DNA of 64,000 bases from Desulfobaccales bacterium (GCA_050014275.1 JBEKDQ010000001.1:648-64647), one strand, 5' to 3'. Positions 1 to 10,040 are shown, counted from the first letter of the stretch. A program made the numbers and translations. The notes: generated by a model not told the origin, from the letters alone.

Positions 1-64
1 TAGGGGATTGGGGTGGGGTTTGGGGTAGGAAAGAGAGGTCGCCAAAATCGTTTTTGAAACGCGT

Positions 65-80
65 TGGCCCCGTTGCTGCA
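65..80 (+). promoter_or_regulatory. Weak candidate sigma-54 (-24/-12) promoter upstream of the ClC gene
   Basis: TTGGCCCCGTTGCTGCA has GG (66-67) and GC (78-79) 12 nt apart. It has two mismatches to TGGCAC-N5-TTGCA and lies 165 nt upstream of the ATG at 245. Confidence 0.25.
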
Positions 81-244
81 TAATTTCGATTAAGACCTTT
101 TCCGCTGGGCAGCTCTCAAAAGCCTGGGAATGGATTAGCGCCTAAATCTATTTTGCAGGCTTAGTTAAAGGAAATCGAGCTCCCAGCTTGTAGGGTCGAA
201 AGCTTTTCAAGGATTTCTTTCTCAGTTGTTATTCTGGCCCGAAG

Positions 245-2023
245 ATGAAACCCATATTTCGCACAATTTTTTCCCTATTCAATAAGCTGCCCGGGCGCTT
301 TCGCCTGCTTCTGCTGAGTGCCTTGGTGGGCGTGGTTTCCGGGCTGGGGGCCATCCTCTTTGATATGCTCCTCAAATTGGCCCTCAGATATTTCATCACC
401 TTACCCACGGGTTATGTTGAACCTGCCACCGGACCTGTCAGCGCCGCCCTGACCGGAGCTTCTCCAGTACATGCCTGGTTGCTTCTGATTATCCCTTGCC
501 TGGGGGGTCTGCTGGCGGGGCTGATGGTTTTTTTCATCGCTCCTGAGGCAGCGGGTGATGGCACCGATGCCATGATCGAGGCTTTCCATTATCGGGGCGG
601 CTATACTCGCAAGAGAGTGCCCTTTATCAAAACTCTGGCATCAGCGATCACCATCGGTAGCGGAGGTTCTGCCGGCAAGGAGGGGCCCATTTCCCAAATC
701 GGCGCCGGTTTCGGGTCGATAATGGCTACCGTTTTGAAGCTCAAGCCCCGCGACCGGCGCATCCTGGTGTTGGCAGGAGCCGCCGGCGGCCTTGGCGCCA
801 TCTTTCACGCCCCCTTGGGTGCGGCCCTCTTTGCCCCGGAAGTGCTTTACCGGGAGATGGAATTTGAATCCAGGGCCATCCTCCCTTGTGTGTTGGCTTC
901 CATCAACGCCTACTGCATTTTTGACCTGCTCTACAAACCCGGAGCCCTGTTTTTTCCCGGTCCGGTGGGTTTCGCCTTTATCGAGATGCCCCCTTATCTT
1001 CTCTTCGGATTAGTGTGCGCCCTGGTGGGTTATTTTTACATCAAGGTATTTTATGGCCTGCGAGATTATTTCTTCCGACGCCTGCCCTTGCCGCGGTGCA
1101 TCATGCCGGCCCTGGGAGGATTGATGCTGGGGGTGATAATCTGTTTTTATCCTCAGGTATCATCCACCGGCTATGGCTGGGTGCAGATGGCGATGGAAGG
1201 GAAACTCTTCTGGAAGACTATGCTGATCTTAGCCTTCTTGAAGATTGCCGCCACCTCTTGCACCATTAGCTCCGGCGGGAGCGGCGGGGTTTTCGGCCCT
1301 TCGGTATTCATCGGAGCCATGTTGGGGGGCGCTTTCGGTTTTCTGGGCCATCAGTTGGCGCCGGGTTGGGTGGTCAACCCTAATTCTTTTGTCCTCGTGG
1401 GGATCGGCGGTTTTTTTGCCGGGGTTGCCAAGGTGCCCCTGGCTTCCATGATTATGGCATGCGAAATGTCTAACAGTTATTCTTTACTAGTGCCTTTAAT
1501 GCTGGTATCATCCGTGTCTTACTTATTATTGGGAAGGACCAGCCTTTATGAAAAACAAGTTCTTGCCCCTATAGCCTCGCCCACACACATCGCAGAGTTT
1601 GCCCGGGACTTAATGAAAGGAATGCATGTCTATGAGGCGGTGAATCAACGTCCGGCGACCGTAATCCCCGAGGAAATGTCTTATAACGAACTGGTTGAAG
1701 TCATCTTAAAATCCGGACACACCTGCTTCCCCGTGGTTAATGAAGATGGTCGGATGACCGGCATCATATCTGCCAATGATGTTCATGATAAAATATTTCA
1801 AGAAACCCCGTCGCATTTGGTCTTCGCCAAAGACCTAGCCAACCCCGATATAGTGCCGATCTTCTGGCACGATACTTTAGAAGGCGCCCTGGACAAGATG
1901 GTGGCTCTGCAAATGGATGCACTTCCAGTGGTGCATGAAGAATCTCCCGATATTGTTGCCACCATGATCTCAAAACACGATATCCTAACTTTTTACCATT
2001 CCGTGAGCGAGTTCAAAGAATAA
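245..2023 (+). CDS. ClC-family chloride channel / Cl-:H+ antiporter with C-terminal CBS pair
   Basis: 592-aa ORF with ClC filter motifs GSGGSAGKEGP and GGVFGPS. Many hydrophobic helices, and a soluble C-terminal ~130 aa with a CBS-like repeat pattern. Confidence 0.9.
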   Translation: MKPIFRTIFSLFNKLPGRFRLLLLSALVGVVSGLGAILFDMLLKLALRYFITLPTGYVEPATGPVSAALTGASPVHAWLLLIIPCLGGLLAGLMVFFIAPEAAGDGTDAMIEAFHYRGGYTRKRVPFIKTLASAITIGSGGSAGKEGPISQIGAGFGSIMATVLKLKPRDRRILVLAGAAGGLGAIFHAPLGAALFAPEVLYREMEFESRAILPCVLASINAYCIFDLLYKPGALFFPGPVGFAFIEMPPYLLFGLVCALVGYFYIKVFYGLRDYFFRRLPLPRCIMPALGGLMLGVIICFYPQVSSTGYGWVQMAMEGKLFWKTMLILAFLKIAATSCTISSGGSGGVFGPSVFIGAMLGGAFGFLGHQLAPGWVVNPNSFVLVGIGGFFAGVAKVPLASMIMACEMSNSYSLLVPLMLVSSVSYLLLGRTSLYEKQVLAPIASPTHIAEFARDLMKGMHVYEAVNQRPATVIPEEMSYNELVEVILKSGHTCFPVVNEDGRMTGIISANDVHDKIFQETPSHLVFAKDLANPDIVPIFWHDTLEGALDKMVALQMDALPVVHEESPDIVATMISKHDILTFYHSVSEFKE

Positions 2024-2529
2024 TTAGAAGCTTCCTTGGAGCTTCCTGGACCGGGAACCACCTCATCATGTATGGTTAAGAATATGTGGGCGTCAAGTCC
2101 ATGTTCTTTGATTTTTTGGTCCAACTGACAAAGTGCGGTTTTAAAGTAAATATTCAGAGAATTGGGAAAAGCACGGGGCGGTTTCGGAGGAGTATACAGG
2201 AGGTAGGATAAGGCAGAAGATAGGGCTTTTCTTGTTGCCTCAAAATTCATTCCCCACACTGGACTGTCAGTTGTTCAGGCATTTTTTGAAAAGTTTCCCC
2301 TGGTATGGTCCCCCCGACTCTGCGCCTTCAAGCGACAGAATCGGAATGAGTCTCAAGTGAAACCTGGAGCAAAGAATTATTAAAGCCGCCTGACTTGATA
2401 AATGTTATCATAAAATTAAGCAAGATTCTTGCTTTCTAGCTGCTTAACTGGCCCGGCGAGCTTGGAAGTCTCAAGGAATGTTCTACCTAAGGCCTGAAGT
2501 GCCCAAACGACCGGGTAAGGAGGGTAAGG

Positions 2530-3447
2530 ATGGAAGAAGCCCAAGTAAGCCGCACCTCCCTGGCGACTGCTTACATTCGTGGCTACCATGCCGGACATGA
2601 TACTCCTAAGATTTTCGATGATTTTCTCGCCCATGGTTTTCTTACAGAGGTGGAACGGGCCTTAGTTGAACAAAGTCTCACAGGTTCTCTAAAGTTAATC
2701 GACCCGGCACTGGCAGCATCATGCCCTGATATGGCGAGCGCTTTGGCGGCTTATATGCGAGTCGGTGCGGGCCCACCCATCACCCTCTCCCGGGGGCGGT
2801 ATGTGGAAGACACCCTTGGGAAAGCTGTCGGACAAGGGTTGAAGCAGTATGTGATTCTGGGAGCGGGGATGGATACGTTTGCATTCCGGCGCCCGGATAT
2901 GTCGGAACGGCTGCAAGTCTTCGAGGTCGACCACCCCGCCACGCAAACTTTCAAGCGGCAACGCCTGGTTGACATTGGCTGGGAATATCCGGCGCAGTTG
3001 CATTTCGTGTCGGTAGATTTCAGGCGAGACCAGCTTGCAGATGCACTGATGCGCTCATCCTATGACCCGCTGGCTCCAGGCTTTTTTAGTTGGCTGGGTG
3101 TCACCTATTACCTTTCCCGTGAAGCTGTTTTCACCACATTGTGCGCCATCGCCGGCATCGCCCCTCCGGGGAGCACGGTCATTTTCGATTACCTGGATAC
3201 CGATGCTTTTGTCCTTCAGAAGGCGGCCAAGAACGTGCGAGTTATGATGGAAACCGTGCAACGGCTGGGTGAACCGATGATGACCGGCTTTGATCCAGAT
3301 ACTCTCGCCGCTGACCTTGCAGCTATCGGCCTGGATCTCCATGAAAATCTGTCCCCAGGCGATATTGAAGAACGCTACTACCAGGGACGAATAGACGGTT
3401 ACCACGCCTGTGAACATGTACATCTTGCCAAGGCAGTAGTCACTTAG
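2530..3447 (+). CDS. Class I SAM-dependent methyltransferase (leucine carboxyl / O-methyltransferase-like family)
   Basis: 305 aa. Contains the VILGAGMDTFAFR ... FEVDHPATQ motifs typical of this family. RBS AAGGAGG lies upstream of the ATG. Confidence 0.75.
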   Translation: MEEAQVSRTSLATAYIRGYHAGHDTPKIFDDFLAHGFLTEVERALVEQSLTGSLKLIDPALAASCPDMASALAAYMRVGAGPPITLSRGRYVEDTLGKAVGQGLKQYVILGAGMDTFAFRRPDMSERLQVFEVDHPATQTFKRQRLVDIGWEYPAQLHFVSVDFRRDQLADALMRSSYDPLAPGFFSWLGVTYYLSREAVFTTLCAIAGIAPPGSTVIFDYLDTDAFVLQKAAKNVRVMMETVQRLGEPMMTGFDPDTLAADLAAIGLDLHENLSPGDIEERYYQGRIDGYHACEHVHLAKAVVT

Positions 3448-3981
3448 CCCAGGATTAAGGCGATGGCGCGCTCCAGTTGGGCTCATTGCACGCCAATATC
3501 TATCGGCTAGGTGTGGGTGGTTTTAAGCTGGATTTCGGCCTGAATCACGTCCGCTCTGGAGACGCCCATTGCCCCCCAACAACCCGGTCCAGGGAAGAGA
3601 TCTGGAAAACCAAAACCGATTAGTCGTGGTCCAAGTTAAATATGTTTTTGCTTCTGGGCAATATGCCGTTGCCCTGGGTCGCTATGTGGCTTGAGGGGCG
3701 GCAAGGCCCACGCAGATAAACTCACCCCGGAGCAAGGTCAGGGAGATTTCCTGCAAGGCTGCCAAGGACAGGTGGGAGAAGAATTTAAAGGCTTAACTGC
3801 TGAGGATGCTTTCCAATTCCTCAAGCATTTTTAGGTGGAGGTCTGTCTGGCGGAGCTATCGAATAATATGGTTTTTTGTCGCTGCACCTGGTCGCCAGAG
3901 TAGCAGATTTTTCCGGTTTCTACCAGGTTCCCCAAAAGTTTTTAAAAAAGGAACGCTCCAAAACCTGCGCGGGGCACATAC

Positions 3982-4308
3982 TTAGTCGGTTTCTTCCCCC
4001 AGGATATCGAAGACCCAGCTCAGGGCCGCGGAGGTGTTGGGGAAGCCGATGGTGCTGGTGAGCAGAATCACGGCATGATAAATCTCTTCGGGTGTGGCCC
4101 CGGCCTTTAATGCCCGTCTAACATGGCTGTGGACCGCCCCTTCGGAACGGATGGCCGCCCCTGCGGCCAACTGCACCAGGTGCGAGGTCTTCTCATCCAG
4201 CGGCCCTTCCTTGCGCAGCACTTCCCCTAATTGCTCCAGAGACTTGATGAAGTTTCCGTGGTGCTCTTTGATGAAAGAATACCAACCGGGATAGGTTTCT
4301 TCAGACAT
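3982..4308 (-). CDS. Carboxymuconolactone decarboxylase (AhpD-like) family protein
   Basis: The ORF extends to 4344, but GGAGGG sits 4-5 nt upstream of the internal ATG at 4308 (MSEETYPGW...). Small all-helical protein with CMD-like sequence (LDEKTSHLVQLAAGAAIRSEGAVHSHVRRALKAGATPEEI). Confidence 0.65.
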   Translation of the reverse strand: MSEETYPGWYSFIKEHHGNFIKSLEQLGEVLRKEGPLDEKTSHLVQLAAGAAIRSEGAVHSHVRRALKAGATPEEIYHAVILLTSTIGFPNTSAALSWVFDILGEETD

Positions 4309-4414
4309 GGGAACCCTCCAAATCGTTAATGCGCCCGACCTCATCGCAGTCCGTCAGCGCCGCGGACGCTTAGTTGATATATGGATATTCCCTCTAATCA
4401 AGTCAAGCAGGGCC

Positions 4415-4654
4415 TCAGCCACCGCCGATGGGGGGAAAGAAGCCGAGGCGCTCGCCGCCCTGGAGCACAAAGTCCGGCTCCTGCCGGCGGCCATCGACCA
4501 TGAGCAGGGCCACCTCACCGGCAGGCACGCCGAGAGTTGCCAGGACCTGGGCCACCGTGGTCCCCGGCTTCACCTCGAGGGCGATGCCCTCGTAAGGGTC
4601 GTAGCCGGGAAGGTATTGGCGCAAGGTGGCGTTAAGAAAGATTTGCAAAGCCAT
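4415..4654 (-). CDS. MoaD/ThiS-type beta-grasp sulfur-carrier protein with C-terminal Gly-Gly
   Basis: ~79 aa from the internal ATG (MALQIFLNATLRQYLP...), ending ...FFPPIGGG followed by the stop. AAGGA RBS is present. Size and diglycine terminus are typical of MoaD/ThiS. Confidence 0.7.
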   Translation of the reverse strand: MALQIFLNATLRQYLPGYDPYEGIALEVKPGTTVAQVLATLGVPAGEVALLMVDGRRQEPDFVLQGGERLGFFPPIGGG

Positions 4655-4776
4655 GGTGCGGTCCTTGGGGCGCTCAAATAAAGGGAAGGCCAGAACCAAA
4701 GGTCCAGCCCGCCCTGGTCAGTTACGGTTCATGCATAGTTATCTAAGCCCAACTCCACCCCAAAGAACGGCAAAAC

Positions 4777-5610
4777 TCACCTGGCATCGGGGATGAAAAG
4801 CTGGTTGCCGTGGGCATCCCGGAAAGCGGCAATGGTTTGCTGGCCTTCCGGGGATATCAGCCAGTTGATGAACGTCATGGCTTCTTTATATTTGACCTGA
4901 GGATGTTTTTCGGGATTCACCGCCATCACCCCGTACTGGTTGAACAGGGACGGATCGCCCTGCAACACTATCTGCATCTCCATCTTGTCCTTATCCTTGG
5001 TGGCCAGCCAGGTGCCCCGGTCGGTGAGCGTATAGGCCCGTTTTTCATTGGCCACCCGCTGGGTCTTTTCCATGCCCTGGCCCACCTCCAGGTACCACGG
5101 CTTCCCCTTGGGGTCCAGGCCGGCGGCCTGCCACAGGGCCAGCTCCTTCACATTGGTTCCCGACTTATCTCCTCGGGAGACGAAGGGGCCGCCGGCGGCG
5201 TAGATCTTCTTGAAGGCCTCCACCGCCGAGGTCAGTCCTTTGATCTGCAAAGGATCGCCCGCGGGGCCGATGATGACAAAATCGTTATACATCAGATCAT
5301 GCCGATTGACGAAATAGCCTTCCTGGACCGCTTGCAATTCCTGTGCTTTGGCGTGCACCAAGACCGTGTCGGCATCGCCCCGCTTGCCGATCTCGATGGC
5401 GGCGCCAGTGCCCACCGCCACCACATCGACGTGGATGCCGGTCTTTTTCTCAAAGATCGGCAGGAGATATTTGTACAACCCGGAGTTCTCGGTGGAGGTG
5501 GTGGAGGCACAGCGGAGGTGAATAGCCTCCGCCGCGGCACTAACCCCCGCCAGCATCATGGTCAGCATCAATCCAGTCATCCATGTCTTTAACCAGAAAT
5601 TGCATCCCAT
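4777..5610 (-). CDS. tupA: Periplasmic tungstate/oxyanion-binding protein of an ABC transporter (TupA-like)
   Basis: 277 aa with a signal peptide (…LAGVSAAAEA). Has the CASTTSTENSGL ... VAVGTGAAIEIGKRGDADTVLVHA pattern of TupA-type PBPs. AGAGGA RBS present. No permease or ATPase gene is adjacent. Confidence 0.65.
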   Translation of the reverse strand: MGCNFWLKTWMTGLMLTMMLAGVSAAAEAIHLRCASTTSTENSGLYKYLLPIFEKKTGIHVDVVAVGTGAAIEIGKRGDADTVLVHAKAQELQAVQEGYFVNRHDLMYNDFVIIGPAGDPLQIKGLTSAVEAFKKIYAAGGPFVSRGDKSGTNVKELALWQAAGLDPKGKPWYLEVGQGMEKTQRVANEKRAYTLTDRGTWLATKDKDKMEMQIVLQGDPSLFNQYGVMAVNPEKHPQVKYKEAMTFINWLISPEGQQTIAAFRDAHGNQLFIPDAR

Positions 5611-5858
5611 TCAGCAGTCCTCTTTTTCCCGAAAATTTCCACTTGGGTCCTTTGCGAACCTCTAAACCGGGATTATGCACCAGCCTTGGCAACCGCATTC
5701 TAAAAAGGGTTTTAGGACATCTTGCCCGGGAAAAATCTCCCAAATTTAGCAATTCTTGCCATATAATCAATGATTAATATAATTACCATATATAAAGGAA
5801 AGTCAAAGAAATTTTTTATGGTGAAATCTTCACCGTTGGCTGCCGGTGGGGGGCATGA

Positions 5859-5874
5859 TGGCTTACCATTTGCA
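5859..5874 (+). promoter_or_regulatory. Candidate sigma-54 promoter of the adh / histidine kinase / NtrC-type regulator operon
   Basis: TGGCTTACCATTTGCA has GG (5860-61) and GC (5872-73) at canonical 12-nt spacing. It lies ~100 nt upstream of the Fe-ADH start. Confidence 0.45.
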
Positions 5875-5975
5875 TGAGGAATGTCCGATATGATATATTT
5901 TAATTAAAGCGCATTCTAAAATAGGCGCCCCCACCCAGGGTAAGGTAATTTTTGTGAGCAAGTGAACGGCGACTC

Positions 5976-7136
5976 ATGGATAATCCGGACGACTCCTTGG
6001 AAAAATTTGATATGCCCGAGGTCATCTTCGGCCTGGGCGCCTTGAGCAAGATCGGCCATTGTGCCAAGCGCCTGGGCGGGGAAAAGGTCTTCCTGGTCAC
6101 CGACCCGGGCATCATTGAAGCCGGTTGGGTGGATGAAAGTATCAAATACCTGGAAAAAGAAGACCTGAGATACGTGGTCTACGACAACGTGGTCACCAAC
6201 CCCAGGGATTTCCAGGTGGAGACTGGCGCCCAGCTCTATCTCCAGGAGCAGTGCGACGTCATCGTGGCGGTAGGCGGCGGTAGTGCAATCGACGCGGGCA
6301 AGGGAGTGGCCATCCTGGCTTCCAACTTCGGGAGCATCCATGATTACGAGGGCTGCAATAAAATCACTCACCCCATTCCGCCCATGGTGTGCGCCCCCAG
6401 CACCGCCGGGACCGGGGCCGACATCACCCAGTTTGCCGTGATCACCGACGTTGCCCGGCGGGTGAAGATGACTATCCTTAGCCGGGCCATCATGCCAGAT
6501 ATCTCCGTGATCGACCCGCGTCTCTTGCAGACCAAGCCCCAGGATCTCATCGCCTCCACCGGAGTGGACACCCTGACCCACGCCATAGAGGCTTATGTCT
6601 CGGCGCTCTCCTGGCACCTGACCGACCCGCACGCCATCCACGCCATTGAGCTGGTGATGCAGCATCTGCCCACGGCCGTGAAGTCCAGAAATATGGACGC
6701 CCTGGCCGGCATGTCCATTGCCTGCCTTGAGGCCGGCATCGCCTTTTCCAATGCGATTCTAGGCGCGGTGCATGCCCTGGCCCACCCCCTGGGGGGCTAT
6801 TACGATATGCACCATGGCGTCGCCAACACGGTGCTCCTGCCGGTGGTGACCCGCCGCAACCTGAAACACTCCCCGGACAAATACGCCCGCATTGCCCAGG
6901 CCATGGGGGTGACGGCCAACGGCCAGAGCACCCGGGAGATGGGGCTACAGATTATTGAAAAGATTGAACAATTACTTACAGAGATCGAACTCCCAACCAG
7001 ACTATCCCAACTGGGGGTGAAGCGGGAGGATATTCCCCTGATGGCTGACCTGGCACAGCAGGATGTCTGCCTGTTAACCAACCCCTGCTCATACTCCAAA
7101 GAAGAGATCGAAGCGATTTATCATGAGGCCTGGTAA
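5976..7136 (+). CDS. Iron-containing (type III) alcohol dehydrogenase
   Basis: 386 aa with GGGSAIDAGK, a PSTAGTGADIT-type loop and metal-ligand His motifs (THAIEAY, HALAHPLGG..HHG). Confidence 0.9.
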   Translation: MDNPDDSLEKFDMPEVIFGLGALSKIGHCAKRLGGEKVFLVTDPGIIEAGWVDESIKYLEKEDLRYVVYDNVVTNPRDFQVETGAQLYLQEQCDVIVAVGGGSAIDAGKGVAILASNFGSIHDYEGCNKITHPIPPMVCAPSTAGTGADITQFAVITDVARRVKMTILSRAIMPDISVIDPRLLQTKPQDLIASTGVDTLTHAIEAYVSALSWHLTDPHAIHAIELVMQHLPTAVKSRNMDALAGMSIACLEAGIAFSNAILGAVHALAHPLGGYYDMHHGVANTVLLPVVTRRNLKHSPDKYARIAQAMGVTANGQSTREMGLQIIEKIEQLLTEIELPTRLSQLGVKREDIPLMADLAQQDVCLLTNPCSYSKEEIEAIYHEAW

Positions 7137-7144
7137 AGGACGCC

Positions 7145-8344
7145 ATGGGACAAGACCCGAAACTGGCAGCTTATGATTTTAAGGGCCTAGGATATTCCAA
7201 GATCGGTCACTTCAAGGAAGTCCGCGCCAAAATCAAGGAACTGGAAGGTCTAAACCTGGAATTGGCCCGGCGACACCACAAGCTGGCCACCATCATCGAC
7301 AGCATGAGTGACGGCTTGACCATCTTGAACCGAGACCTGGATATAATCTTGGCCAACAAGGTCCAGAAGGCCATGTTCCCGGATATTTCCCTGGAAGGGA
7401 AAAAATGCTACCGCACCTTTTTTCGGAAAGACCATGCCTGCCGCAACTGTCCGGCTCTCAAGACCATGGAAAGGCAAGAAGTACTCTCGGGAGAATTCCT
7501 GATCAAGGAGGGCGAATTCGCCGGCCGCTTCTGTGAATGGACTACCTCCCCCTTGCGGGGCGCCTCCGGGCAGGTGGAGCAAGTGTTGCTGCTCATGAGG
7601 GATGTCACGGAGCGTAAAGAATACGAATTCAAGCTGATGCAGACCGATCGGATGGCGGCCATCGGCCTCTTGGCCGATGGCATCGCCCACGAAATCAATA
7701 ATCCCCTGACCTCTATTGCAGGTTTTTCCGAGGCGCTGCTCAAAAGGCTCGGAAATAATTCGCTGCCGGGAGAGAAGAAGCCGAAACTCCTCCTGGAGTA
7801 CTTGGATATTATTAATAAAGAGGCCCATCGCTGTAAGGAAATAGTCCGGCAGTTGCACGACTTTAACCGTAAGCCCACGCATGGACGGGAAGTGCTCGAT
7901 GTCGGCCAGATCATTAATGCCACGGTGTCCCTGATCCGGACCCATGCCAAACATAACAATACCAAGATCAAGGTGAAGAATAGCCTGGCCACCGGGTTCG
8001 ACCGGGTTGAAGGCAATGAGGCCCAGATGAAACACGCCTTCCTCAACCTGATCCATTTTCTGCTCGGCGTCATGCCGGACGGTGGCGAATTGACGATCAC
8101 GGCCAGGAATTCCGGGAACCTGATTGAGGTCATCCTGTCGGCCAGCGGAGGTCGACTCCCGGCTCACTGGCACGAGAATGCCATGCATTCCCCCTATAGC
8201 TGGGACCTGGCTGGCGGAGAGACGCCGGTGAATCTTTCCATCTGTTACAGCATCATTCGGCACCACAGCGGCACCCTGCGGCTGGATATCCGGGAGCAGG
8301 AAGAGCCCTCTCTGGTGGTACGGTTTCCCTCGTTTGTGCCATGA
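7145..8344 (+). CDS. PAS-domain sensor histidine kinase
   Basis: 399 aa, soluble. Has a PAS region carrying Cys residues (CYRTFFRKDHACRNCP), an H-box (IAHEINNPLTSI) and a C-terminal HATPase-like region. Confidence 0.85.
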   Translation: MGQDPKLAAYDFKGLGYSKIGHFKEVRAKIKELEGLNLELARRHHKLATIIDSMSDGLTILNRDLDIILANKVQKAMFPDISLEGKKCYRTFFRKDHACRNCPALKTMERQEVLSGEFLIKEGEFAGRFCEWTTSPLRGASGQVEQVLLLMRDVTERKEYEFKLMQTDRMAAIGLLADGIAHEINNPLTSIAGFSEALLKRLGNNSLPGEKKPKLLLEYLDIINKEAHRCKEIVRQLHDFNRKPTHGREVLDVGQIINATVSLIRTHAKHNNTKIKVKNSLATGFDRVEGNEAQMKHAFLNLIHFLLGVMPDGGELTITARNSGNLIEVILSASGGRLPAHWHENAMHSPYSWDLAGGETPVNLSICYSIIRHHSGTLRLDIREQEEPSLVVRFPSFVP

Positions 8345-8431
8345 AGACATAAAAAGTCGGGCCGTGAAGGCCGGGGGAAGGGCATTGACCGATAGACCGG
8401 AAAGATAATACTCCACGAAGGAGATAACACC

Positions 8432-9763
8432 ATGTCCCAGGGAAGGATTCTGGCCATTGATGATGAACAGAACATCAGGACCCTCATCGCCAATGAATTC
8501 TCCTTGGAAGGCTTCGGCGTCACCACCGCCAAAAGCGGCGAGGAGGGCCTGAAGTTTTGTGATAAAGAGAAGTTTGACGTCGTCCTCCTGGACATCCGGC
8601 TGCCCAAGATGAACGGCATCGAGGTGCTCCGGCGCCTAAAGGAGAAGACGCCGGATGCCAGGGTCATCATGATCACGGCCTACGGCGACATCAAAACCGC
8701 CGTGGAATCCATGAAACTGGGGGCCCAGGATTACGTCACCAAGCCTTTCAAACTCGGCGAACTCCTGGGTCTAGTAAAACAGGCCTTGGGCGGTGGCCAG
8801 AGCGGCGGCGATGCCAAAACCTCCGAGTCTGCCCTGGCGGCCGGCGGGGCCCCGGGCTTTATCCGCTGTCCCAACCGGGCGATGCAAGACCTCTATGACC
8901 TGGTGGCCAAGGTGGCCCCTACGGATAAGACCATCTTAATCCAGGGGGAAACCGGCGTAGGCAAGGATGTGGTGGCTCAACAGATTCACGCCCTGAGCCG
9001 GCGCAAGGACGGCCCTTTCATTATCGTGGATTGCGGCATCCTCAACCAAAACCTGGCGGAAAGTGAGCTTTATGGCCATACCAAAGGCGCCTTCTCCGGG
9101 GCCTGGGAAAAGAGGTCCGGCCTGGTGGAGCAGAGCCATGGCGGTACCCTGTTCCTGGACGAAATCGGCAACATCGAATTGGAATTGCAGAAAAAATTCC
9201 TGCGCTTCCTGGAGACCAAGAAGTTTCGCCGCCTGGGAGAAACCCGGGAGGTCGAAATCGACACCCGGATCATCCTGGCCACCCACCTGGACCTGCAGGA
9301 AGCGGTGGCCCGGGGGACTATGCGCAAGGACTTGTTTTACCGCATTGACGTGATTCTCATTCCTATTCCACCTCTAAGAAAACGGCCGGAAGACGTGCCT
9401 CCACTGGCCCGCCATTTCCTCAGTCTGGAGCAGAGTATCGTTGGCGCCAAGAAGATCTCAGCCGAAGCCATGCGGATCATGACCGAGTATGCCTGGCCGG
9501 GAAACGTTAGGGAACTCCGGAGCGTGATCAACAAGGCGGTGATTTTTGCCCGGACCGATACCATTACGCCCAACGATCTGCCCTCTGAGCTCAGGAGAAA
9601 TGTGCCGGTTTCCCCGCAGAAGACCCTGGAGGACTTGGAGAAGAATTATATCCTCACGGTCCTGGAGAGAACAGGAGGCAATCAGAGCGAGGCCGCCAAG
9701 ATCCTGGGGATTAACCGCAAGACCCTTTATAAAAAGATTCATAAGTTTAAGATACTTAATTGA
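8432..9763 (+). CDS. Sigma-54-dependent response regulator (NtrC family enhancer-binding protein)
   Basis: 443 aa. Receiver domain (DDEQNIR..., DVVLLDIRLPKMNG), AAA+ core (GETGVGKD, GAFSGA (GAFTGA-type motif), LFLDEIG) and a C-terminal Fis-type HTH. Confidence 0.9.
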   Translation: MSQGRILAIDDEQNIRTLIANEFSLEGFGVTTAKSGEEGLKFCDKEKFDVVLLDIRLPKMNGIEVLRRLKEKTPDARVIMITAYGDIKTAVESMKLGAQDYVTKPFKLGELLGLVKQALGGGQSGGDAKTSESALAAGGAPGFIRCPNRAMQDLYDLVAKVAPTDKTILIQGETGVGKDVVAQQIHALSRRKDGPFIIVDCGILNQNLAESELYGHTKGAFSGAWEKRSGLVEQSHGGTLFLDEIGNIELELQKKFLRFLETKKFRRLGETREVEIDTRIILATHLDLQEAVARGTMRKDLFYRIDVILIPIPPLRKRPEDVPPLARHFLSLEQSIVGAKKISAEAMRIMTEYAWPGNVRELRSVINKAVIFARTDTITPNDLPSELRRNVPVSPQKTLEDLEKNYILTVLERTGGNQSEAAKILGINRKTLYKKIHKFKILN

Positions 9764-10024
9764 TTTTCCGCTTGAGCTGCGGTCATTTGTCCCTATAGAC
9801 CCCAGAAGGTCTGGATTATCAACTTTCATATTAGATTCATGATGTTATCTTAACTGCCCGCAGGTCCATCTCATAATTCACACCCCAGCGACCCAGCTTT
9901 TTACCTTCCGGTCCCCCGGCTCTCGATTTCGCCTGATTCGGGGTCCTACCCTTCATCATAAATTACCCTGGTATTTTAGGGACATGTTGACTTAAGAGTT
10001 TGGTGAGAGGCCTTGGAGAAAGGT

Positions 10025-10040
10025 AGGCACGCGGTTTGCT
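10025..10040 (+). promoter_or_regulatory. Candidate sigma-54 promoter ~590 nt upstream of the mycofactocin-type cluster
   Basis: AGGCACGCGGTTTGCT has GG (10026-27) and GC (10038-39) 12 nt apart, a near-consensus GGCACG-N4-TTGC. The long distance to the first CDS lowers confidence. Confidence 0.4.

Noticed and set aside
1993-2259. 88-aa minus-strand ORF whose …YFKTALCQLDQKIKEHGLDAHIFLTIHDEVV… loosely resembles the motif C region (…LLQVHDELV…) of family A DNA polymerases.
   Set aside because: The resemblance is limited to ~10 residues. The preceding motif (…QGSAAD…) is absent. The ORF overlaps the ClC 3' end and has no RBS. At most it is an unverifiable gene scrap.
5916-6665. Long antisense or out-of-frame ORFs across the window. 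Examples: 5916-6665(-), 7250-8416(-), 10600-11439(-), 13163-13969(-), 16792-18003(-), 18534-19703(-), 33703-34878(-), 35086-36732(-), 38796-39869(-), 40287-41972(-), 44169-45602(-), 60241-61269(-), 63001-63810(+).
   Set aside because: Each lies opposite or out of frame to a gene with clear family motifs. Their translations are low-complexity and Arg/Gly/Pro/Ala/His-rich, as expected for shadow ORFs in high-GC DNA.
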